From positions 1 to 53,649 of IMG/VR virus record IMGVR_UViG_3300038678_000209: 53,649 bases of DNA; one strand, given 5' to 3'. Position numbers and translations under genes: made by a program. The notes beneath the pieces were generated by a model. The model was not told where the DNA came from. It saw only the letters and a program-made list of their open reading frames with translations, and ran no database searches. Below are positions 44,808 to 53,649 of the stretch, piece by piece. Each line of letters starts with the position of its first letter. Position 1 is the stretch's first letter. Origin of the DNA: a virus. Taxonomy: Duplodnaviria; Caudoviricetes.

Positions 44808-46082
44808 TTAGACTCCTCCCGCCGCCTCGCGTAGAATCGCGTCAAATTGCTTCATCACGTCGTCTGTTTGCCGCGGCTGTGGCGCTACCGGCAGTCTCGC
44901 GCTGCCCAATCGGATGCGGCCCGGCGTCTGCGCCCGCTGGCCACCTTGCTGCGCCCGCAACTGCTCAATCTCTGGGTTGGGTGCCGTGATCGTACTCAGT
45001 ACGTCGCGGGTCAGGTCCATCTCTTGCGTAACCGCGTTGAATCGTCCGATCTTGGCCTGCCGCTCTCGCTCCTTCATGGCCGCAAGAAACTGCCCCGCGC
45101 TGATAGCGCCACCCTCCGGCGTTGGGACCCTGTGGCCCCCACCAAGCTCCGGCGGCACCTCTCCGGTGATCCGCATTGTAGCTTCAAATTCTTTCCGCCT
45201 GCGCGCCCCTTTCGCCGCCGCACCAATTTGCCACACCGCCAGACCCGCACCGATTACCGGGATTACTTTTCCTTTTAGTGCGCGACCTAAGAACCCTGCA
45301 ATTCCTTTTCGCCCAGCGGCAGCGCCGGCACCCGCCGCGGCCTCACCACCTGCTGCGGCTACTGGAGCACCTGCGCCAGGCCTACGCGGAGCAGCAGGCA
45401 CAATCGGCCCACCACGTCCCGCAGGTACAATCGCTGTAGTTGGCGCTGCGCGGCCGGCAAACGACACCGGTTCTGCCAGTCCCGGAGGCGGCGGCAGCGC
45501 GGGGAACCGCATTCCAATCGGGAGCTTGCGCGGGGAGAGTTGTGCTGCCATCAATACAGTCTGCTTGATACCCGCGTCTCGGCTTACTCGGCCCAGCAGC
45601 GCCCCCGCGGTTACGGTCGCTAGCGGTCCAGCCGTCGCCATTACACGACTCGACGGCATCTTTCGCAGGGACTCCAACGCCTCGGGCGGCACACCAGCCT
45701 CCTCCGCAGCGTCCAGCGCAGCCTCAACCACCTGGCGGGCGTCTTGCTTGCTCATTTTTGGCACGAGCATTGCGTAGCCAACTTGCAGGTCGTTCACGAA
45801 CTCGCGCTGCGCATCTGCGTTCCCGATCATGTCCCGCAGCGGCTTGGGGAGATCGCTGGTCTTTCCCGACTTTCCTACCGTTGTAATCAGGCGTTCGGTC
45901 AGGTATTTCTTCGCTGCGCTCGGTGTGCTCTGCGCGCGAAGGCTCTCCCGCAACCGGCTCCGAATTGCAGCAAAGCGCTCCCTACCCGGTGCTTTCAACA
46001 GAACATCGCCCCAGCCGGACGCGTGTTCCAGCAGGGCTTCCATGTCAATCTCACCAGTCTCAGTTCGGTAGTGGTCTGGCAT
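44808..46082 (-). CDS. Putative internal virion/ejection protein
   Basis: A/G/P-rich with a TM-like segment VIPVIGAGLAVWQIG. Confidence 0.5.
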   Translation of the reverse strand: MPDHYRTETGEIDMEALLEHASGWGDVLLKAPGRERFAAIRSRLRESLRAQSTPSAAKKYLTERLITTVGKSGKTSDLPKPLRDMIGNADAQREFVNDLQVGYAMLVPKMSKQDARQVVEAALDAAEEAGVPPEALESLRKMPSSRVMATAGPLATVTAGALLGRVSRDAGIKQTVLMAAQLSPRKLPIGMRFPALPPPPGLAEPVSFAGRAAPTTAIVPAGRGGPIVPAAPRRPGAGAPVAAAGGEAAAGAGAAAGRKGIAGFLGRALKGKVIPVIGAGLAVWQIGAAAKGARRRKEFEATMRITGEVPPELGGGHRVPTPEGGAISAGQFLAAMKERERQAKIGRFNAVTQEMDLTRDVLSTITAPNPEIEQLRAQQGGQRAQTPGRIRLGSARLPVAPQPRQTDDVMKQFDAILREAAGGV

Positions 46083-46248
46083 CGTTAAAGTTCCCAGGTT
46101 GTTCCATGATGAATGCTGTTGTTTCTTTTCCTATGACCGTTTTGATCCTAGCTAGAAACGCCGCCGACTCTGACTCCGTTTTTACATACTTAGTCGGCAA
46201 CCAAACAACAAATTTCGCCTTTGAACACAGTTTCTCATTGCCGTTCAT
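46060..46248 (-). CDS. Small hypothetical protein
   Basis: GGAGG RBS and ATGA overlap. Fills the gap between neighbours. Confidence 0.5.
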   Translation of the reverse strand: MNGNEKLCSKAKFVVWLPTKYVKTESESAAFLARIKTVIGKETTAFIMEQPGNFNDARPLPN

Positions 46249-46721
46249 CGTTCTTCCTCCCTAGACGTTAATGGCGGCAGAGCCGCCGTGCGCTTGCTAG
46301 GCGGTGTATACGGTCCAGCACGAGTCGGATCAAACCTTGCAGCTAGGTCTTCCGGGTCCATGCCGACCTGCGCGGCTACCTGCCGGATCAACGGGACATC
46401 GCGTGTGGCGAACCCACCGCCACGTATGCCCTTCTCCACGGGACTGACAAAGCCCCTCTCTAGCCCTGTCTTCGTACTCAAAAGCCGCTGGTTCCTACGA
46501 GCACGCGCCATGCTAAACTCAGTTTCCACGTCCTCGCGGGCTGCCATTCGCCTCGCAGCAGCCTGCACTTGTTTCTTCTGCGCAGCGCGTATGGTCTCTG
46601 CCAGATTGACATTGGGGTCATTTGCGCCCTGGTACATTTCGTAGACGAATGAAGCTAACGCGGTAGCGTACAAGCCACCTTGCAAAAGCTTCCATCCAGC
46701 GAGTAACAGCGGTGCGGCCAT
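46245..46721 (-). CDS. Putative ejection protein with N-terminal hydrophobic helix
   Basis: GGAG RBS. MAAPLLLAGW... Confidence 0.55.
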   Translation of the reverse strand: MAAPLLLAGWKLLQGGLYATALASFVYEMYQGANDPNVNLAETIRAAQKKQVQAAARRMAAREDVETEFSMARARRNQRLLSTKTGLERGFVSPVEKGIRGGGFATRDVPLIRQVAAQVGMDPEDLAARFDPTRAGPYTPPSKRTAALPPLTSREEER

Positions 46722-46735
46722 CTTATTCTCCCTAC

Positions 46736-49096
46736 CTACTGCGGAAACGGACTCGGCTGCGCTTGTGGACGCTGCGGCTGCTGCGGTTGTTGTGGCTGCT
46801 GTGGACCACCGCCCCCAACTTGCGCCGGACTTAGTTGCGCTGCACCGCCGGGTTGCGCCTGTACAGGCGATTGCGCTGGTTGTACCGGTTGCTGCTCCGG
46901 AACGTTAGCAGGCCCAACCTTGGGCGGCTGCGGTGCCGCCTGCACTGCTTGAGAACGCGCCCGCGACTCCAGCACGCGATCCGTAAAGCTCTGAATCGGC
47001 TGCTTCCGTTCCTTGCGCGCCGGCAGAGCAGTTGTAGTCCCGATAGGCGACTCGTACAATTGTGACCGTTCGTTGAACTCCGGTATTGCAGTAAACGGAT
47101 TCGTAATCCCATGTTTGGCCGCGTCTTGGTGGTGCGCGCGTACCGTATTGAACTCGGAGTCTCGTTCCGGATCGGTATGCAATGGATCGTCGCCGCTCCC
47201 TGCGTTGTAGTATTCGCGCAGCCCTCGTCGCGATCCTGGCCGGTTGTGCAACTCTGCGATGCTCTGCAATACCCCCCGTGGAGCCCGAAACAACTTGTTC
47301 TCCCGTGTGCGCACCGCTTGTGCTGTTTCCGCCGAGATTTTGCCTTCGTCCACCAACCCCTCAAGTTCATGCGGCTCCAACACACTCAACACCGCAGTCG
47401 CGTGCCCATCTTTAAGCACTGCCATAGCGTGGTTGTTTTCTTGCCATGTCCGCATGATCGTGTTATTCTTGATCGGAAGCAGCATCCGCTCTCGGTGCCA
47501 CCTGTTCCACTTGCTAATTACCTGGCTCACCGCTGCCTCGGCCAGCTCAGGCGGAATCGCCATTTGCTCTTCCGCAGTCGGCGCAGTATCCAGTACAGTA
47601 AGTGGCTGACGCTGGGACACGCGGTGCCTAGCTCGGGTTATGTCCGTTGCAGTCTCCGGGTCAACTCCCGATTCGATCAACTGCGCACGTCTAAGTGACC
47701 CCAACCACGCTCCTACATTCCCGCGAAACGTCGGGTCCGTCGTTGCGCCGGTCAGGATTTCCTGCATCTGCGTTGCGAGCGCAGACATCGGAATCGTATC
47801 GTACATATCCTCAGCCATGCGTACTTGGAAGTCCGCATCCGACTCGCCGTCCTTACGGATACCCGGAGCCCAACGGTTCGGGTCATCGTCAGAAAGTCCC
47901 AAGCGAAGCGCACGATCGGTAGCTTCTGAAGAAGCACGAGTGCCCTCCAACACAGTCGAATAAATCTGCCGTACAACCTGTTCAGGCGTCGCGCCTGTCT
48001 GCTCCCACTTTCTTGGATTTGGCACCAGCGCATTTGCAACTGCATCCGGCAGCGCCGTCGCAACTGCGTCTCCGTATTCCTTGTACATCCGCTCAAGTGG
48101 CTCGCCCATTTCCTCCGCTTCCAGTACATCTGCCGCCACACGCAAATGGTACTGCCGCCGCGCCTCTTCCGACTGCATCACAGCCAGTACGAGGTCGTCC
48201 TGCTTTGCCTTTGTGATCGCCTTGAAAGACACCGGATTGACCATGACGAACTTCGGGTCGTCCATACTCATAGCCCACACGCCACCCTTGGGGTACCCAT
48301 TGTACAGTTCCCACTCGCGGGCCTCCTCCGGCGTCAGCATAGGCAAGTCCAGCTTCAGCGCTTCCAGCATCGCTGCCGGAATTGGCATCATAGGCTGCTC
48401 AAACGCTCCAGCTGGCCCCGTAGTCGTTGCCTCCCCGCGTATAAGCGCTTGGTTCGCCTGCGCCACCATCGCGTGTAGCTTGTCTGCGTAGGGGCTGTCA
48501 AGCATGTCTTCCCGTACCACCTGCGCCATGCGAGCCAAGTCAAGCATTTGCTGCCGAGTTTCCAGTCCCTTTGGCCCAAGCCGATCCCACGCATTCGCGG
48601 CGTCCATATCGTAGACCCAGTCAACAGCAGACCCTACCGACTCGGCAATCGTCGCGGCCCCCCGCTCCTGCTCGTCCAACAACCGCCCTTTTTTCGCTTC
48701 ATTCTCCTGAATGATACTTGCCAGTTCCGCCCCTTCACGCTGTACCTTGCTCGTAAGCTCACGCTGGTAGTCTATCGTCTCCAACTGGAACCTACGTCCT
48801 TCCTCAGTCAGAGCCTCTTGACGTTCCTCCTGCCGTCGAGTTTCCACTCGCTGCTCGGCCTGATTTACTGCGCGCTGTGCCGCGTCCGCCACCTGTGACA
48901 CCGCCGCTTGCGTCTGCTCAGCCTGCTGCGCCTGTGCTTGCGTAGCCCCGCGCACAAACTGGTTCATGGATTTGCCCATCGCGTCTATAAACGCCTGCAC
49001 GGACTGTACCAAGTTTGCACCACCAGCGCCGCTACCGCCACGGGACAGTGCCGCCTGCACCAGTTGTTGTCTATCGAATCGCGGTTGCGGTGGCAT
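46736..49096 (-). CDS. Putative internal virion protein (coiled-coil, Q/P-rich tail)
   Basis: Likely start is the ATG at 49096 (MPPQPRF), directly after the upstream stop. Confidence 0.55.
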   Translation of the reverse strand: MPPQPRFDRQQLVQAALSRGGSGAGGANLVQSVQAFIDAMGKSMNQFVRGATQAQAQQAEQTQAAVSQVADAAQRAVNQAEQRVETRRQEERQEALTEEGRRFQLETIDYQRELTSKVQREGAELASIIQENEAKKGRLLDEQERGAATIAESVGSAVDWVYDMDAANAWDRLGPKGLETRQQMLDLARMAQVVREDMLDSPYADKLHAMVAQANQALIRGEATTTGPAGAFEQPMMPIPAAMLEALKLDLPMLTPEEAREWELYNGYPKGGVWAMSMDDPKFVMVNPVSFKAITKAKQDDLVLAVMQSEEARRQYHLRVAADVLEAEEMGEPLERMYKEYGDAVATALPDAVANALVPNPRKWEQTGATPEQVVRQIYSTVLEGTRASSEATDRALRLGLSDDDPNRWAPGIRKDGESDADFQVRMAEDMYDTIPMSALATQMQEILTGATTDPTFRGNVGAWLGSLRRAQLIESGVDPETATDITRARHRVSQRQPLTVLDTAPTAEEQMAIPPELAEAAVSQVISKWNRWHRERMLLPIKNNTIMRTWQENNHAMAVLKDGHATAVLSVLEPHELEGLVDEGKISAETAQAVRTRENKLFRAPRGVLQSIAELHNRPGSRRGLREYYNAGSGDDPLHTDPERDSEFNTVRAHHQDAAKHGITNPFTAIPEFNERSQLYESPIGTTTALPARKERKQPIQSFTDRVLESRARSQAVQAAPQPPKVGPANVPEQQPVQPAQSPVQAQPGGAAQLSPAQVGGGGPQQPQQPQQPQRPQAQPSPFPQ

Positions 49097-49097
49097 C

Positions 49098-50564
49098 TTA
49101 CTCAAACCCTCCCCCAAGAAGCATACTGCCAAAGCCTAGTATGGCACCCGCAGGACCGGGAATCATTTGCATAAACAACTGAGACATCGTAGCCGCCTTC
49201 GCCCACTCTTCCCCCGCAGCCAACGCGTCTAGCATGTTATTGTAGCCGCCCGCCTGGAGCTTCGTCGCAAAGTCGGTCCCCAAGATGTTCTGCCCAATCG
49301 CAAAGTGATTCGTCATAAAGTCGTAGGGCAACTGGCTTACGTAGTTTTCCGAATCCAACAGCGCCAAGCTCGTACCGTCCTTAGCATCGCGATAATTCGC
49401 CGTCAGGTTGTCATAGTTGAACCGAATCGAATCCGCGTTGTTCCGTGCATTGATCCGCAGCTCATCAAATCCAGCCGAAATATCCGCGGCCTTCGTGTAC
49501 GCACCCGCGACCGCTTGTATCTCCGCACCGCCCAATACCGCAAGCGACTGGTTCCTTGCAGTAGACGCGGCAGCAACAGACTGCATTGTACTTACCATCG
49601 CACCCGTTTGCAATGCTGTAAAGTCTTTGATGTTCGCGCCGATGGTAGTCGCGATCTGCATCGACCCGGTTACACGCAGTTGTGCAATCAGCGCCGACTT
49701 GCGGCCCGGCGGAATGTTCGGGTCTGCATTGATTTTCGCTTCTGCATTGCGCATGGCTTGCTGCTGCGCGCTCACCGCAGCCTGCGCCGCCGCATTCTTT
49801 CCCTCCAGCGCTATGCCAACCGCTTCGCGCCCCAACCCCTCGATACGGTCAATGTCAACGTCAGTTGTCTCTTTGTACTTGTCCGCAATCCCACTTAGCG
49901 CATCCTGCACCTGCCCCGGCAACTGGGACGCATCCTGCTTGGCTTGGTCGGCAATATCGTCTGCCGCCTGTACCGTCGCATCCAGCCGCTCCCGCCCCTC
50001 AGCCAGTTGCGTCTCCGTATCTGCCTCACGCCCTGAAATGGCAGTTTCAGCTTTTTGCAGCGACTCCTCCGCAGCCGCCGTCTCGGTTTCAGCCAGGCCC
50101 TCCAGCGACTTCAAAGACTTCGCTCCAAACTCTCCAATTGCGGGCGCCTCAATTTGCCCAGTCTCAGGGTCCACGCTTCCCGTGAACCCGCTCACGTCTT
50201 GCGCAGGATACGTATGCAACCGCCCACTTTCATCCCGGTACACCTCCTCTCCCCCGCCGCTGCTAACGAGTGTCAAACCCGCTCGATCTCGCCCGGTACC
50301 CCCAGGCTTCCCCTGGTCGGCGCCCGTATCCGACCCAGTAGCTCCCTCCCTTAGCTTCGCCCCAGCACGAGCCTTGCCAATGGTGGGGACCGGTTGTGTC
50401 CCCGCGATTGTGCTGGTACCCGTACCCGTACCCGCACCCGCACCCGACTGCTCGCCAGCCCGCGCCTTGCGCCGCTTGGCGGTCCTGCTCACAGCGCTCC
50501 CGAGGCGCCTCAGAGACGTGGTCCGCGTTTGAGTCTCGTTTGGTGATGTAGGTGCCGTTGCCAT
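49098..50564 (-). CDS. Putative ejection/pilot protein
   Basis: A/G/Q-rich helical body and hydrophobic C-terminus GPAGAILGFGSMLLGG. Likely ATG at 50564. Confidence 0.55.
   Translation of the reverse strand: MATAPTSPNETQTRTTSLRRLGSAVSRTAKRRKARAGEQSGAGAGTGTGTSTIAGTQPVPTIGKARAGAKLREGATGSDTGADQGKPGGTGRDRAGLTLVSSGGGEEVYRDESGRLHTYPAQDVSGFTGSVDPETGQIEAPAIGEFGAKSLKSLEGLAETETAAAEESLQKAETAISGREADTETQLAEGRERLDATVQAADDIADQAKQDASQLPGQVQDALSGIADKYKETTDVDIDRIEGLGREAVGIALEGKNAAAQAAVSAQQQAMRNAEAKINADPNIPPGRKSALIAQLRVTGSMQIATTIGANIKDFTALQTGAMVSTMQSVAAASTARNQSLAVLGGAEIQAVAGAYTKAADISAGFDELRINARNNADSIRFNYDNLTANYRDAKDGTSLALLDSENYVSQLPYDFMTNHFAIGQNILGTDFATKLQAGGYNNMLDALAAGEEWAKAATMSQLFMQMIPGPAGAILGFGSMLLGGGFE
50376..50396 (+). 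repeat. Dispersed 21-bp element, copy 8
   Basis: GCCAATGGTGGGGACCGGTTG, 20/21. Inside an ejection-like gene, encoding QPVPTIG. Confidence 0.93.
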
Positions 50565-50581
50565 GCTACTCTGTCCCACTG

Positions 50582-50610
50582 ATTATAGGCCGGTAGACCC
50601 GCGTTTTCAA
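50582..50610 (-). promoter_or_regulatory. Sigma70-type promoter for the ejection-gene operon
   Basis: TTGAAA-N17-TATAAT filling the short intergenic gap. Confidence 0.7.
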
Positions 50611-50612
50611 CC

Positions 50613-53141
50613 CTACCCGGGCCGCGTGGATGCTTCAGATGCGGACAATTGGCCCCGCACCAACAGCGCGTCAATCTCGAAATCCATGTTGGACCCGTAT
50701 GCCTCCAGGAATGGGTACAGCTTGGTGCCACCGCGATTCGCGCGCACGTTCACTTGGTCGGGCACGCGGTTTACACGCACCGCACTGGTTGTGAGCACTG
50801 TATCCCGCGTTCGCAGCCCCATGTCAACAAATGCGTTGGGATCGGACGCGGTGGTCTCGCCGCTCAGTTCCTCGATACTTGCGCTCATAGAATGTCCCAC
50901 CTTCCGCGGAAATGGATCATCAGACCCCATTCCAGACAACCTGGCAAACCGCGCACGGAATACCACGGGCGCGATCGAGTAGCGGTCGTCCACGGACAGC
51001 GCGCCGGGCAAGCCGCTTACAGTCAACTCGGTGTCGGACACGCGGGCTGTAATCTCCACCTCCGAGGCAGCGTGATCGCCGGACAGAATATACGCGCTGT
51101 GGCCTACAACGTTTTGCGGAAACGTAGCGCCGCTGTCGATGATCGCTGTGGCTGAGGCTGACGTAACCTGCCCGTTTACAGTGTCGGACGCACCGGCGCC
51201 AACCATAGTGATTTTGCCGGACTCGCGGAAAGCGTCAATTACGCTGACCGAGCCGTTGGATGCAACCAAGTAACTGCGCTGTCCCGCGCCGTTGGATAGA
51301 ACATCCTGGCCGTCAGTTACGAAAGCCCACGGGCAATTCACCACACGTGTGACGGCTCCAGTGGCCTCCCACAAGATGACCATTTCCTTCTTGTTCGTGT
51401 TCAGAAGAATGAGTGCGCCGGCAAACGAATCATACCCAAGTTTCACCTCGGAAATTGTTTTGCCCCACTGGCGGTCGTCAGTGATGAGCCGGTTAACGAG
51501 TTTGACGTTGCGCACCTCGTTGGTCAAGCCATCAATTTCCTTTACGCCGGTGGCCGTCAATACATAGAGCGTGTCCCCGGCCGCCACTGCGCCGTCTTGG
51601 CTCAGGGCCGAGATTTTGTTGACAATGCGGGTTACCGTAACGCCAGTGCCTGCTCGCGCTATACGGTACACAGACTTGTTCGTGAGAGCAAAGGCAACTG
51701 ACGACCCCGCGTACAGATTAAGTACGTGTTCAGAAGGATCGTTTAGCGGCTCGTAGTTGAGCACAGGAAAGTTTTCCGGCTCATCAAGATTAATAGCACT
51801 CCAGACAATGCTCTCAGGCAAGCGGTCCTGCTTGGTCCACGATTCATCCAAACCGGCATCGTCCGGCGACGCCTGATCTGTAACCCCAATGAGCATGTTA
51901 TCAAAGCCGAGCACGCGCTTCATGCGCGGTGCAGCCCCGAAGTCGTGATGTTCCGGGCTGTACTCCTCGCTGGTGAACAGCCCCTCATCTGCAATGTGCT
52001 CGATGTCACGCACGAAATCGGTAGTTTTGCCATCCACGTCTGCCACAGTAAGCTGCCAAGACGCAGACCCCACTCCACTTGGCTGTGTAAACAGTGGTTC
52101 GTATGGTCGGTACTCGTAGAGCCGCTGAACCGGTCGGTATTTACCCGCAGTCACCCCGGTCTCGTTGCGGGGTGTTCTCCAAAGACGGAATCCATCTACA
52201 TGTCCAACCCCCCAATGCAACGGCGCTGTATCGGTATCGCTGATTTGGCGCCGCAACTGGTGATAACCAGGCGTAGGATTGTCTTGCGGAAGCCATAGTT
52301 TGTTGAACACGTAGCGTGCGCTCTCAGTTGCTCCCGCCCCAACAGAGTGTGTCTTGAGCCGCAAGAAGGACCGCAAGTTGTGTTTTTGTGATACAAGTTC
52401 GGCGCCGAATGTATACTGTCCCTCTGCCAGTGTGCGGCCGGAGGTGGTTACTTCCACGTTAAAAATGTTGGTGGGAGTGCCAATGCGGTCTGTGTTTACC
52501 GAGGTAACCAAACAGCGCTCCGGCAGGATTCCCGCAATGCGGCCTTGCCACCCACCAGCGTACCGGTCCCAATCGTTGACCTTGAAATCCCAAAAGTACG
52601 CTTTGTTGTAAGGTGGTGCCCTGAGATTTACAATGCTCACGGTACTAGTAGAGGCTCCCGAATTAACGAAGTACAAGTACCGCCCCAAGTAACCGATGTC
52701 GTACCGATCAAATGACGTGGGCTTCCAGTCAGTCCACAAATTGAAGTCTTCAAGTTGCACAACGTCGGCACTACCGTCTTCTGAATCGCGGTACGCAAAG
52801 TAGAGGGCTTTTCCGTCCGCAGTTTGGTTGTCCGCCAAGATGACCAGACCAGAAAGTGTGTAGGGTGATACACCCTTTTGCACACTTGCGTACCTGACCA
52901 GTTGGATGTTGTCAATTTGCTCAATTGTAGTTACGCCGGTCTCCGGCGCGGGGATGCCGTGAATGGACTCGCCGCCAAAGCCGGGAAACACGCGCAATCC
53001 ACCCTCGTTCCGACCATCAACTCCAGTGGCTTCCACCAGCATCCGCGGATCAACAGCGTTGGGGGACATGCGCAAGTCCATGCCGGGAAACCACGGCCGG
53101 TAGAACCACTTTCCATGGTTGTCGTGTTTCCGTTCAGGCAT
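50613..53141 (-). CDS. Tail nozzle/stabilisation-like protein (beta-propeller)
   Basis: 842 aa, beta-rich, with IVWSAINLDEPENFP typical of P22 gp10/T7 gp12-like nozzles. Supported by synteny. Confidence 0.6.
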   Translation of the reverse strand: MPERKHDNHGKWFYRPWFPGMDLRMSPNAVDPRMLVEATGVDGRNEGGLRVFPGFGGESIHGIPAPETGVTTIEQIDNIQLVRYASVQKGVSPYTLSGLVILADNQTADGKALYFAYRDSEDGSADVVQLEDFNLWTDWKPTSFDRYDIGYLGRYLYFVNSGASTSTVSIVNLRAPPYNKAYFWDFKVNDWDRYAGGWQGRIAGILPERCLVTSVNTDRIGTPTNIFNVEVTTSGRTLAEGQYTFGAELVSQKHNLRSFLRLKTHSVGAGATESARYVFNKLWLPQDNPTPGYHQLRRQISDTDTAPLHWGVGHVDGFRLWRTPRNETGVTAGKYRPVQRLYEYRPYEPLFTQPSGVGSASWQLTVADVDGKTTDFVRDIEHIADEGLFTSEEYSPEHHDFGAAPRMKRVLGFDNMLIGVTDQASPDDAGLDESWTKQDRLPESIVWSAINLDEPENFPVLNYEPLNDPSEHVLNLYAGSSVAFALTNKSVYRIARAGTGVTVTRIVNKISALSQDGAVAAGDTLYVLTATGVKEIDGLTNEVRNVKLVNRLITDDRQWGKTISEVKLGYDSFAGALILLNTNKKEMVILWEATGAVTRVVNCPWAFVTDGQDVLSNGAGQRSYLVASNGSVSVIDAFRESGKITMVGAGASDTVNGQVTSASATAIIDSGATFPQNVVGHSAYILSGDHAASEVEITARVSDTELTVSGLPGALSVDDRYSIAPVVFRARFARLSGMGSDDPFPRKVGHSMSASIEELSGETTASDPNAFVDMGLRTRDTVLTTSAVRVNRVPDQVNVRANRGGTKLYPFLEAYGSNMDFEIDALLVRGQLSASEASTRPG

Positions 53142-53599
53142 TATTTCCGCACCACTACAAATTCGCGGGACATATCCCCCAGCAGCGCATTGAGTACCTG
53201 CGCAACATTCGCCACTGTAGGACTGGCCACATCCAGCTCTCTTGATACAGTACTGTCGTCGGACGCGTATAGCCGCCGTATGGGAGACGGCCCCTCTGCG
53301 GCAAACTCATCGCGCCCACCCCGCCTGCGATCCTGCGCCAGCTCATTCACTGGTACCATATCCGGCATTTGGCGGGTTGGCTTGTCTTGTTCCCACTCTG
53401 ACTGCACAGACTCGTGCTGAAACGTCTCCTCTCCAACGATCAACGTAGGCGCCGCCGAGCGGCGCATGTCTGGCTCAAATGGCGATGCCAGTTCACTTGG
53501 GCTGAACAACCGAACGCGCGTTTCCCGCCCGATAGCCGACGTGCGCAGGTTCCCACGACCTTTTCTCACCGCCAGTGGCTCGATGTTGCGGTAACGCAT
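53141..53599 (-). CDS. Hypothetical virion-associated protein
   Basis: TAATG coupling to the nozzle-like gene. C-terminal VANVAQVLNALLGDM helix. Confidence 0.55.
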   Translation of the reverse strand: MRYRNIEPLAVRKGRGNLRTSAIGRETRVRLFSPSELASPFEPDMRRSAAPTLIVGEETFQHESVQSEWEQDKPTRQMPDMVPVNELAQDRRRGGRDEFAAEGPSPIRRLYASDDSTVSRELDVASPTVANVAQVLNALLGDMSREFVVVRK

Positions 53600-53649
53600 G
53601 AATCAACCGGTCCCCACCAATGGCCGCTGTTATGGCAGTATCGGCCACA
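53523..53649. repeat. 127-bp exact terminal overlap (copy 2)
   Basis: Identical to 1-127. Confidence 0.95.

Noticed and set aside
82-50396. The 21-bp element as a CRISPR repeat or mini-array
   Set aside because: Copies are about 1-12 kb apart and in mixed orientation, with no regular spacers and no cas operon. The Cas4-like gene sits in an ordinary recombination module.
9607-50396. QPVPT(N/I) as a shared peptide signal in three virion-arm proteins
   Set aside because: All three use the same frame, but identical codons plus intergenic and opposite-strand copies point to selection on the nucleic acid. A secondary peptide role is not excluded.
50416-50445. Five GYACCC hexamer repeats as a phase-variation tract
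   Set aside because: The repeat is in frame and only encodes a GAGAGTGTGT linker.
49417-50532. Long antisense ORFs (e.g. 49417-50532, 44914-45777, 5485-6333, 6997-7812, 19227-20021)
   Set aside because: These are shadows of real genes on the opposite strand in GC-rich DNA and show no recognisable motifs.
1-53522. Prophage, integrative element, DGR or retron
   Set aside because: I found no integrase, recombinase, reverse transcriptase, template/variable repeat pair or flanking host genes.

Overview
The window looks like the complete ~53.5-kb genome of an uncharacterised tailed dsDNA phage, assembled as a circle (bases 1-127 repeat exactly at 53523-53649). It is probably podovirus-like and lytic, since I found no integrase, repressor or tape-measure protein. 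A minus-strand arm (20884 down to 1, continuing from 53522 down to 41709) carries an anti-defence cluster (Acb2/Tad1-like protein, N4/N6 methyltransferase), terminase, portal, SPFH protein, scaffold, HNH nuclease, major capsid protein, two paralogous beta-helix proteins, an adaptor-fibre fusion, a nozzle-like protein and ejection-type proteins. A plus-strand arm (21410-41722) carries small early genes, a UDG-fused family A DNA polymerase, nucleotide-metabolism enzymes, ERCC4, PD-(D/E)XK and HNH nucleases, a Sak4-like ATPase, an SSB and a helicase-like ATPase. A small inverted cassette interrupts this arm at 25500-26572. The most striking unexplained structure is a 21-bp element (GCCATTGGTGGGGACCGGTTG) found in 8 near-perfect copies around the genome, in both orientations, inside and between genes. 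Two copies sit at the apex of large predicted RNA structures: one next to an anticodon-less tRNA-like domain (37298-37520) and one in a leader with a predicted pseudoknot (26370-26537). Fur-like and DtxR-like palindromes precede the early promoter. All protein calls come from motifs recognised by eye and from synteny; no database searches were run.
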